Positions 49,245 to 56,766 of a stretch of DNA of 64,000 nucleotides are shown piece by piece. Every line of letters begins with the position of its first letter. Positions within the stretch are counted from its first letter, which is position 1. The DNA lies in the NCBI GenBank assembly GCA_020630675.1, contig JAHDIR010000001.1, positions 153,015 through 217,014 on the forward strand, written 5' to 3'. The notes beneath the pieces were generated by a model. That model saw only the letters and a program-made list of their open reading frames with translations, did not search any database and had not been told where the DNA came from. The position numbers were made by a program, and so were the translations under genes. Source of the DNA: Bdellovibrionales bacterium. Lineage in GTDB: Bacteria > Bdellovibrionota > Bdellovibrionia > Bdellovibrionales > UBA1609.

Positions 49245-51358
49245 AACAGCCAATTGTATTGAGAGTTTATTTAGATGGGCAACTAGAGGATGTAAAGCAG
49301 TTTACAGACTCACAGGTCGTTATTGGAAAAAATAATGGTTTACAACTTCAGCTCACGGGCAAGTACATTGCACCTCTCCATGCAGTTATCGAAGAAAGAG
49401 ATAATGGTTATTATATATCTGATCTAGGCTCCGAACATGGAGTCTTCATAAATGGCCAGCGCGCTTTAGACCAAAAAATTGAAAGTGGGAGTGAAATCTC
49501 CATAGGCTCTTATAAGTTACAATTTTTTGTGGGGGTTCCAACAACTACGGCGCCGGCAACACCGCAAATTGATAATGATGAAATTGAAAGCACTCCTTCC
49601 GTTATTATTGAACCTGAAGTGCAGGCTCCGATCAAAGAAGTTAAAGTTGAAGCTCCTAAAGAAAAACCTCCTGTTGTTAAAGAAAAAACATCTGAGGGTC
49701 CTAAAAAAGAAGAGCCTGTGGCTAAAGTTGAAGAAGACGTCGTTGCTATTGAAGAGACTTCAGAGCCTGAAGAAGAGTTGGTGAAGGTCGCTCCACCGGT
49801 GGTTAAAGCTAATTCTGCTCCAGCGCCGACAAGTAACTCATCTAATAAAGGTCATTTTGCACCTCCTAGTCAGGTCAATAATTGGATGCCTATCTTAGAG
49901 CCAGGAAAAGGAACTGTAGTAGAGGTTTCCGTCGCTTGGAAAGAAAGAATTATTTCAAGTCATCATTTTAATAATAATAAAGTGGTGACTATTGGTTCTG
50001 ATTCTTCTTGTGATATTAATGTCCCAGCACTAGGGGCTAACTCTGAAAAGTATACTTTATTAAAAGTAGAGTCTGTGGCCAAATTAAATTTAACACCGCA
50101 GATGTCAGGATATTACGTTAACGAAGATAAGCAATCTACTCCCATTGCTGATTTATTTAGGGATAACAAAATTGTAAGAACTCCAAATGGTCATATTCTT
50201 GATGTGGCTTTTGGTGATATGGTTGTGCTTGAGCTTGAGGGCGGCTTGCTAACTTTATATATTCGTTACGTTCCTCAGGCTCCAAAAACATTTGGCGCTC
50301 CTATTTTTGACTTAACAACAGCAGAGTCTACAGCTGTGGTTTTAGCTGCTGTGGTAGCTTCTATTTTTAGTCTTTATATGATGGTCTACTCGCCTGTTGA
50401 TCTTGCTGATGAAAATCTAATTGAAGAAGCGTTAGTGAGAAAAGCTAAGGTCACTTTTAAAGTTCCTCAAAGAAAAAAGCCTGCTCCTAAAAAAATAGAG
50501 ATCGTTCAACAAAAAAAGCCTAAAAAGATAGTTAAGGTCAAAGATCAGCCCAAAAAAGCTAAGGCTCCTGTACCTAAACCAAAGCAGTCGGCCAAAACTC
50601 CCATTAAAAAATCGGGAAAAGCGGCTAGTTTAATGAAACAAAAAAAGAAAACTAATAAAGCCGCTTCGGCCTTTAAGAAGGGTGGTAGTGTTAAAACTTC
50701 TGATAAAGGTGGGGCTAACCTGAAAAGTAAGAAGGTCGACCCTAATAGCATGGGAATGCTCGGTGTTTTTAGTAAAGGTGGAGTCAAAAGCCAACTAAAT
50801 AAAACATCTGTTGGTGCTGGTGAGTTAATTGGTGATGCCAACAAAAAAACAGGAGAGGCCGGTTTTAGTGAAGATAGAGCTGGTGAGGGTCTTGGTGGCA
50901 AGCTAAATCAAGGCGGTGGCAGTGGTGGCACCAACGTGGTTGGAATTGGGGATATTAAAACAGGAAACGGAACAGGGCTCGGCGGGCCAGGAAATGGGCC
51001 GGGTGGTTTAGGTGATAAAGGTAGTGCTTCTATTCAAATTGATGGAAGTGATGCAGAGTTTGAAGGCTCTATGGATAAAGAAGCCATTCGTCGTGTGATT
51101 CGTAGTAACAAAAGGGCGATTAAAGCTTGTTACGAATTGGCTCTAAACAGAAATAAAGATTTATACGGTAAGTTGGTGCTTCAGTGGAGCATTGTTGAAA
51201 GAGGAAAAGCTATTAAGCCTAAAGTGGTTAGTAATAGTTTAAATGATCGTAAAGTAGCGAGTTGTATTATTAGAAAGCTTGTTACTTGGAGGTTCCCTGA
51301 GCCACCAGAAAATACAGAGGGTATTGTTACTTTCCCTTTCGTGTTTTCATCACAATGA
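49241..51358 (+). CDS. FHA-domain / TonB-C-like bitopic membrane protein (GltG/AgmX/NfsG-like)
   Basis: N-terminal FHA (VVIGKNNG...APLHAVIEE..GYYISDLGSEHGVFINGQ). P/E/K-rich linker. A second degenerate FHA-like segment. TM (AVVLAAVVASIFSLYMMVY). K/P-rich and G-rich periplasmic spacers. C-terminal AgmX/TonB-C-like domain (IRRVIRSNKRAIKACYE...GKLVLQWSI...WRFPEPP...VTFPFVF). Confidence 0.7.
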   Translation: MKQPIVLRVYLDGQLEDVKQFTDSQVVIGKNNGLQLQLTGKYIAPLHAVIEERDNGYYISDLGSEHGVFINGQRALDQKIESGSEISIGSYKLQFFVGVPTTTAPATPQIDNDEIESTPSVIIEPEVQAPIKEVKVEAPKEKPPVVKEKTSEGPKKEEPVAKVEEDVVAIEETSEPEEELVKVAPPVVKANSAPAPTSNSSNKGHFAPPSQVNNWMPILEPGKGTVVEVSVAWKERIISSHHFNNNKVVTIGSDSSCDINVPALGANSEKYTLLKVESVAKLNLTPQMSGYYVNEDKQSTPIADLFRDNKIVRTPNGHILDVAFGDMVVLELEGGLLTLYIRYVPQAPKTFGAPIFDLTTAESTAVVLAAVVASIFSLYMMVYSPVDLADENLIEEALVRKAKVTFKVPQRKKPAPKKIEIVQQKKPKKIVKVKDQPKKAKAPVPKPKQSAKTPIKKSGKAASLMKQKKKTNKAASAFKKGGSVKTSDKGGANLKSKKVDPNSMGMLGVFSKGGVKSQLNKTSVGAGELIGDANKKTGEAGFSEDRAGEGLGGKLNQGGGSGGTNVVGIGDIKTGNGTGLGGPGNGPGGLGDKGSASIQIDGSDAEFEGSMDKEAIRRVIRSNKRAIKACYELALNRNKDLYGKLVLQWSIVERGKAIKPKVVSNSLNDRKVASCIIRKLVTWRFPEPPENTEGIVTFPFVFSSQ

Positions 51359-51392
51359 CATAAAAAATTATATTTAATAGGAGGATATAACA

Positions 51393-52058
51393 ATGGATTT
51401 AAATAGGTGTGAAAAGTACGGCAACTTTATTGCCAAGGCTTTTTGTGAAGGTGGACCAGTGATGTATATGATTGCATTTGTTGGTTTATTGGTCGTGTTT
51501 TTAATTATCGAAAGAGTAATAGCTTTACAGAAGCTAACTGTCGATAAAAGAAGTTTAAATGAAAATTTATTCAGTCTAATATTAAGGGGAGAGATTAAAC
51601 AGGCCATTGCATTTTGTGATAGTCGTCCAGCTCCATTAACCAATACTTTAAAAGAAGGCTTAATTCAGGTTTTAAATAAAAGACCCGACGAAGAAGTTCA
51701 AGTGGCGATGGATGCTGCTGTTCTTAGAGAAACTCCTCGTTTAGAAGGTTGGTCCTCGTTTTTAGCGGTATTTGGTAACGTTGTTGTTCTTATTGGTTTA
51801 TTAGGAACCATTGGTGGGTTGATTCAATCTTTTGGTGGTATTAAATTTGCCGACCAAAGTACAAAAGCGGCTATGTTATCAGCTGGGATATCTGAAGCTC
51901 TAAATTGTACGGCCTTCGGTTTATTTGTGGCCATTTTAGCTATTATCGCTTTTGGTTTTTTTCAAATCAGAATTGGAAAAGCCATCAATGAAATGCTTGA
52001 AAGCAGCATGAATTTAATGAACTTAGTCGTCGCAAATAGAGATAAAATTAAATATTAA
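51393..52058 (+). CDS. MotA/TolQ/ExbB-family proton channel (AglR-like)
   Basis: Three TM segments. IGLLGTIGGLIQSF and GISEALNCTAFGLFVAILAIIAFGFF motifs. Confidence 0.85.
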   Translation: MDLNRCEKYGNFIAKAFCEGGPVMYMIAFVGLLVVFLIIERVIALQKLTVDKRSLNENLFSLILRGEIKQAIAFCDSRPAPLTNTLKEGLIQVLNKRPDEEVQVAMDAAVLRETPRLEGWSSFLAVFGNVVVLIGLLGTIGGLIQSFGGIKFADQSTKAAMLSAGISEALNCTAFGLFVAILAIIAFGFFQIRIGKAINEMLESSMNLMNLVVANRDKIKY

Positions 52059-52077
52059 TTTTTAATAGGGGATTAAC

Positions 52078-52554
52078 ATGGCATCAGTAGATGATTCCGG
52101 TGGCGGAAAGAAAAAATCGGTGAATGTAGATGTAAATATAGTTCCCTTCATCGATTTGATGAGTGTTCTCATTATATTTCTTTTAATCTCTGCGGTTTGG
52201 ACTCAAGTGTCTATGATCCAAATTGGAAGTTCTGTCTATGGGCAAAAAACATCTGAGGATAAACCTATACCTCCTCCTGTTGCTAAGGTTCCCTTCCGTG
52301 TAGATGTTAAGCCTGTAGGCTATAATATAGTTGTTGGTAATCAATCCACTCCTATTCCTAAATTAAACCAGGAATTTGATAAAGACACCTTGTTAACTGA
52401 ACTAAAAAAAATTAAAGAGCTTTATCCAAAAAAAATGGATGTTATCGTAACAATGGATGACGAGCTCGCTTATGAACATTTAATTGGAGCTATGGACTCT
52501 TTACTTGCCGCTGAGTTTCCCGAGATTGCCATAGCTACTGCAGGAGCAAAATAA
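52078..52554 (+). CDS. ExbD/TolR-family protein (AglQ/AglS-like)
   Basis: VNIVPFIDLMSVLIIFLL TM segment with the conserved Asp. 158 aa. Confidence 0.8.
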   Translation: MASVDDSGGGKKKSVNVDVNIVPFIDLMSVLIIFLLISAVWTQVSMIQIGSSVYGQKTSEDKPIPPPVAKVPFRVDVKPVGYNIVVGNQSTPIPKLNQEFDKDTLLTELKKIKELYPKKMDVIVTMDDELAYEHLIGAMDSLLAAEFPEIAIATAGAK

Positions 52555-53147
52555 TGCCTATTCACGTTCCAGGTCATAGAGATAGAAATAATAAAAGTAA
52601 AGGCGCTGGAAAAAGAAGTGCCGTTGCTATTTTATCTTTAACTGCAATGGTTGATATGTTTACTGTCTTGGCTGTGTTTCTTTTGCAAAACTATGCCACC
52701 ACAGGACAAATTATTGAGATTGCAGAAAATGTAGAATTACCGTCTGCAGGTTCAGTGAAAGAGCTAAAGCCCTCTAATGTTGTAATTATATCTTCTAAAG
52801 AGGTATTATTTAACAACGAAAAAGTTGGTGATTACTCTGAAATTAAAGAACAAGAGGGTTGGGACCTACCCAAACTAGATGAATTAGTTAAAAAGATGAT
52901 TGAAGAAGGTGAAGAAGAAAAAAGATCCTTAACCAATAAAATTAAAAAAGCAGTTAATCAAAAAGATGAAGACGAAGATGGTATTGACGAATTTAGAAAG
53001 TTAACAATACAAGCCGATCGTAATATTGAGTTTTTGACGATTAAAAAAATTATGTTCACAGCCACCAACTCTGGCATTTATGAAATTAACTTTGCTGTTT
53101 TGAAGACAGAAGATCTAGAAGCTATTAATAAAGTTAAAAATCAATAA
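52554..53147 (+). CDS. ExbD/TolR-family protein, second copy (AglQ/AglS-like) with acidic insert
   Basis: LSLTAMVDMFTVLAVFLL TM segment with the conserved Asp. E/D/K-rich insertion. Start abuts the upstream stop. Confidence 0.75.
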   Translation: MPIHVPGHRDRNNKSKGAGKRSAVAILSLTAMVDMFTVLAVFLLQNYATTGQIIEIAENVELPSAGSVKELKPSNVVIISSKEVLFNNEKVGDYSEIKEQEGWDLPKLDELVKKMIEEGEEEKRSLTNKIKKAVNQKDEDEDGIDEFRKLTIQADRNIEFLTIKKIMFTATNSGIYEINFAVLKTEDLEAINKVKNQ

Positions 53148-53202
53148 CTAGAACCTTCATTAGGTATACTAAACTAAGCAGAAGCTTTGTTTAAATATTT
53201 CT

Positions 53203-53907
53203 TCATTTCGCCAGCAGTTGATAAGATGAGCGCTTAATTTGAAAGTGATCATGAGTAGGGTCTAATGACTCAAACCATTCAAAGCCTGTCTTTTCTAGAA
53301 CTTGAATGGAGCTAGTGTTACTTTTAATTGCATCACCATGGACACCATCAAACCCCAAGGTATCAAACGCAAATTGAACCATCCTTCGAGATGATTCGCT
53401 GGCGATACCTTTTCCCCAAGCATCAGGGTGTAGGTGATAACTCATAGAAGCCCAATATTGACCTCGCTTGGCAATACCTAATACTAAAGTTTCACTATTA
53501 ACTCCAATTTGGGTCATGCCCACCACTTTACCTTCAAAAATAATTGCAAAGTTGATAAGTGGTGCACCAGAGTTTTTTGCCTCTTCAAGTGTCTTATGGC
53601 CTAAAGATATTATTCTTTTTACTCTTGTTTCACTAATATAACTTCCACTCATTTCTTGAACTTTAGGGTGCATAAATATTTGGACCAGTGAATTAATATC
53701 TGATGGCTCACTGGCGACTCTTAATTCTAACCTTTCAGTTTGTAACTTAAGGTTTTTTTTATCTTCAGAAATTTTGGAAGTGGTAGAATTACCAACAATT
53801 TTTTTGCAGTTTTCAGCCTCAGAGAAAGTACTTGAAAAGCCCTGTGACCCTAAAAATAGTATGAATAAAACTAAAATTTTGTTTTTCATAAAAAGTTCTT
53901 TTTTCAT
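53203..53907 (-). CDS. GNAT-family N-acetyltransferase (RimJ/RimL-like) with N-terminal signal peptide
   Basis: MKNKILVLFILFLGSQGFSS signal-like N-terminus, then TERLELRVA...., WGKGIASESSRRMVQFAF and the GNAT core. Confidence 0.75.
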   Translation of the reverse strand: MKKELFMKNKILVLFILFLGSQGFSSTFSEAENCKKIVGNSTTSKISEDKKNLKLQTERLELRVASEPSDINSLVQIFMHPKVQEMSGSYISETRVKRIISLGHKTLEEAKNSGAPLINFAIIFEGKVVGMTQIGVNSETLVLGIAKRGQYWASMSYHLHPDAWGKGIASESSRRMVQFAFDTLGFDGVHGDAIKSNTSSIQVLEKTGFEWFESLDPTHDHFQIKRSSYQLLAK

Positions 53908-54080
53908 TTAAGTTTAATTATATTTAATAGTGAAAATATTATGCCAACTTAGCACAGTATTCCTTTGATTTGAGGCGCTTTTTTTTGTTTTTGACAATTT
54001 TGGCTCAACAGTGTTGATGTAAATGTCTAATTTTTTAAGCATTCTTTCAGCTTCAAATTGTCAAAACTTAGGTTCAATAA

Positions 54081-54791
54081 TTAGGCCGCATTTGATCTTT
54101 TGCGGTCTTGTTCTTTTAAGTATGAAATAATGGTTGACTCTGATTCAACATGAATTTTATCAAATCTCAGTCCATAAGAGTTATTGTCACCAGCCATTAA
54201 AATAATTGCTTCGGCATTTATGGTATTAAATAGTGATGGGCTTTTAATTTCTACTTTATACTTGGCTCCAACTTTTAACCCAGACACATTGTTAATGCCG
54301 CAGCCTCCCGGAGAGATCATATAAATGTTGCCAATGTGGGCGTCTCCGTTGTCATTTTTTAAAATAATAGAGCCTTCTATTTTGGCACGAGGATGTTTTC
54401 TTCGGCTGATATTAAGTTCATCTAACATATCTGCAAATTCAAAAACACTAGCCCAAACTTCCATACCTTTGGTCCAGATCAAAACCTTATCTTTATCTTT
54501 AATTTCTGAAATTTTTTCCACCAGTGTGAGCTTATCAAAAGGGCCCACAGGCTTGGCCTGACTATTTACAGCATAATACCAAGACTGAATGGTGGTTTTT
54601 GTTTCGGTGGAGCTACTAATGATAGCGTTATGGTCAGAAACCCATTTTGAGTATTTAAGCCAAGTGTCGAGGTTACCGCCCCATACATAAGTGTTTTGAC
54701 TCTCAAAGTCGGGTTTTTCTTGCATTTGCAGCACAGAGTCTGTGGCAAATGGGCCTGTAACTTCTTCATTTATAGTGATAAACCAGTTCAT
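54081..54791 (-). CDS. GYF_2-GYF_2-PilZ protein (putative c-di-GMP receptor)
   Basis: Two GYF_2-like modules (WFITINEEVTGPF...VWGGNLDTW; WYYAVNSQAKPVGPF...IWTKGMEVW). C-terminal PilZ motifs RRKHPR and ISPGGCG. Confidence 0.75.
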   Translation of the reverse strand: MNWFITINEEVTGPFATDSVLQMQEKPDFESQNTYVWGGNLDTWLKYSKWVSDHNAIISSSTETKTTIQSWYYAVNSQAKPVGPFDKLTLVEKISEIKDKDKVLIWTKGMEVWASVFEFADMLDELNISRRKHPRAKIEGSIILKNDNGDAHIGNIYMISPGGCGINNVSGLKVGAKYKVEIKSPSLFNTINAEAIILMAGDNNSYGLRFDKIHVESESTIISYLKEQDRKRSNAA

Positions 54792-54798
54792 GGCTCTT

Positions 54799-54843
54799 AT
54801 TCGGCTTAACTCTAAGGATTCTTAAGTCGAATGGCTTTTTTTT
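54799..54843 (+). other. Terminator-like hairpin plus T8 with no upstream same-strand gene (possible sRNA/antisense terminator or PilZ 5'-UTR structure)
   Basis: 11-bp stem ATTCGGCTTAA (54799-54809) / TTAAGTCGAAT (54822-54832) with one G-U pair, 12-nt loop, then GGC + T8 (54836-54843). On the minus strand the G-U becomes an A-C mismatch. Confidence 0.3.
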
Positions 54844-55020
54844 ACCCCTTTGCGTTTTTGGCCTCTGATTTTTGCCGGTAGAAGGTAGAGGTTTTTCGCT
54901 CTGCTCGCTTCTTAGTTTGAGTTCAGTGATTGAGTTTTACTAGAGTGTGATTGTATATTTTGTACTCTCAGGGCTAAAAGGGTAGTATAAAAACACGACA
55001 AGTTTGGGTTTGAGGATATT

Positions 55021-56007
55021 TTGTTAAGAAGATTATACGGTTATATTTTAGTTTTATTTTTTTTTGGTTTAATTTTATTTTTTTACCTAGTGCCGCCTGA
55101 GGTCTTATTTACATCGGGCATAATTGTGAACAAAAATACTTCTAACAAAGTTTTAATTGAGCAAAGTGTGCGAGGCATATACTTAGTTGATTCTCAGGAA
55201 AATAACACAAACTGGGAACTCTGGGCCGAGAGCACCTTGACGACCAGTGTGAATTCAAATTGGCGCTTTAACCAAGTGCGAGTCTTCTTTTACAGTAAAG
55301 AAAAAGATAAATACAAAGTTACTTCTGATATAGCCTCATTAGATTTAAAAAATCAAAAAATGTCCTTTGAAGGCAATATTGTCATTGAAGCTCCTAACGG
55401 TTATTTAATGAAAGCAACGAGTTTATCCTACAATTTTCTCGATAAATTTATTTTTTCAAATGAACCTGTAGAGGTAAAAACCACAGGCCAGTCTCTACAA
55501 AAGCCGATTAGCTTTACTGCTAGTCAAATGGAAGTATTTATTGAAAACTCTAAAATTAATTTACAAGGTATTAAATCTGAAAAAACTTTGGATAACAACA
55601 AGAAGGTTTTTGTTGAAAGCCATTTCGCTTTTTTGTCGGGGTTGAATTATTTTATTGAATACAAAGACAAGGTTCACCTTAAAGGAATGGGGATAGACCT
55701 TAAAAGTCAATTTTTAAAAATGATTGTGAACCCTCTAAATAGAACTTTAAAAAAAGTTATTGCCAAAAAAAATGTCAGAGTTCAGCAAGGCGTACGAAGA
55801 GGTTATTCTCAAAAAACTGTGATGGATATAAAAACAGAAGTTGTAACCATGACTGAAAATCCTCGCTTGCAGCAAGGCTCAGATGTTCTTTATGGTGATA
55901 AGATAATATTTTATAATAAAACACAAGGTGTAGCTATTCGACGAGCCCGGGCTAAAGTCGATCGAGACTCACTGGAGACTTATAATGAACCAACTAAAGG
56001 CAGATAA
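55021..56007 (+). CDS. Membrane-anchored LptC-like protein with an additional OstA/LptA-like C-terminal half
   Basis: N-terminal TM (YILVLFFFGLILFFYLV). 328 aa, versus ~190 aa for typical LptC. Beta-jellyroll-like repeats. The C-terminal part (VTMTENPRLQQGSDVLYGDKIIFYNK) is LptA-like. Directly upstream of lptB-rpoN. Confidence 0.6.
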   Translation: MLRRLYGYILVLFFFGLILFFYLVPPEVLFTSGIIVNKNTSNKVLIEQSVRGIYLVDSQENNTNWELWAESTLTTSVNSNWRFNQVRVFFYSKEKDKYKVTSDIASLDLKNQKMSFEGNIVIEAPNGYLMKATSLSYNFLDKFIFSNEPVEVKTTGQSLQKPISFTASQMEVFIENSKINLQGIKSEKTLDNNKKVFVESHFAFLSGLNYFIEYKDKVHLKGMGIDLKSQFLKMIVNPLNRTLKKVIAKKNVRVQQGVRRGYSQKTVMDIKTEVVTMTENPRLQQGSDVLYGDKIIFYNKTQGVAIRRARAKVDRDSLETYNEPTKGR

Positions 56008-56707
56008 TATACTTAAGCAGTTTCAGGCCAGAAAAGTGGTGGATGGAATTAGTTTTGAAATTCAGCAAGGGCAAGTCGTTGGTCTTTTAGGGCCAAATGG
56101 AGCCGGTAAAACAACTAGTTTTTATATGGTAGTTGGTCTCCTCAGGCCGGATAGTGGTAAAATAATATTAAATGATAAAGATATTAGTCAGTTAAAGGTA
56201 TACCAGAGGTCTCGAGAAGGCCTGAGTTATTTGCCTCAAGAACCTAGTATTTTTAGAAAGTTAACAGTGAAAGAAAACTTAGAAGTAGCTTTAGAAGCTA
56301 AAAATTTTAAGTTCGCAAAAAAGAAACAAAGGCTTGAATCTTTGATTAATGACTTTGGAATTGGTCATATTTTAGGGAACTACGGGTTTTCTTTGTCGGG
56401 AGGAGAGAGGCGAAGGGTAGAAATAGCAAGGTCATTAACGGGCTTTCCAAAGTTTTTACTTTTGGATGAGCCTTTTGCAGGAATAGACCCCATTGCTGTG
56501 GGAGAGATCCAGAAGATAATTTTGGGTTTAAAAAAGAAGGGGTTGGGAATATTAATTACCGACCATAACGTAAGAGAAACATTAGGTATATGTGATCGAG
56601 CTTATATTTTAAAAAGTGGAAAAGTAGAGGTTGAAGGCTCAAGAGATGAAATTTTATCTTCAAAAAAAGCAAGAGAGTTTTACCTAGGTGAAGATTTTAA
56701 AATGTAA
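55985..56707 (+). CDS. lptB: LPS export ABC transporter ATP-binding protein
   Basis: GLLGPNGAGKTT, LSGGERRRVEIAR, LLLDEPFAGIDP. The N-terminus aligns with the canonical LptB start. Confidence 0.9.
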   Translation: MNQLKADNILKQFQARKVVDGISFEIQQGQVVGLLGPNGAGKTTSFYMVVGLLRPDSGKIILNDKDISQLKVYQRSREGLSYLPQEPSIFRKLTVKENLEVALEAKNFKFAKKKQRLESLINDFGIGHILGNYGFSLSGGERRRVEIARSLTGFPKFLLLDEPFAGIDPIAVGEIQKIILGLKKKGLGILITDHNVRETLGICDRAYILKSGKVEVEGSRDEILSSKKAREFYLGEDFKM

Positions 56708-56766
56708 ACTCAGTATAGAAAACAAGTAATGAAAAAATGATTTAATAGTTAGTAAGGAGTCCTAAG

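Noticed and set aside
49527-50901. ORFs 49527-49784 (+, K/L-rich) and 50545-50901 (-, P/L/S-rich) within the GltG-like gene.
   Set aside because: They are alternative-frame readings of the repetitive P/E/K- and K/G-rich coding DNA. The main frame has FHA, TM and TonB-C-like domains.
49241-53147. Interpretation as an ordinary TonB-ExbB-ExbD nutrient-uptake energiser.
   Set aside because: The TonB-like protein has cytoplasmic FHA domains and sits in an operon with TPR scaffolds and OM barrels in Glt/Nfs order. No TonB-dependent receptor or Fur-type context is nearby.
54859-54876. Sigma-54-like sequence TGGCCTCTGATTTTTGCC upstream of the lptC-like gene.
   Set aside because: The GG-to-GC spacing is two nucleotides too long for a -24/-12 promoter.
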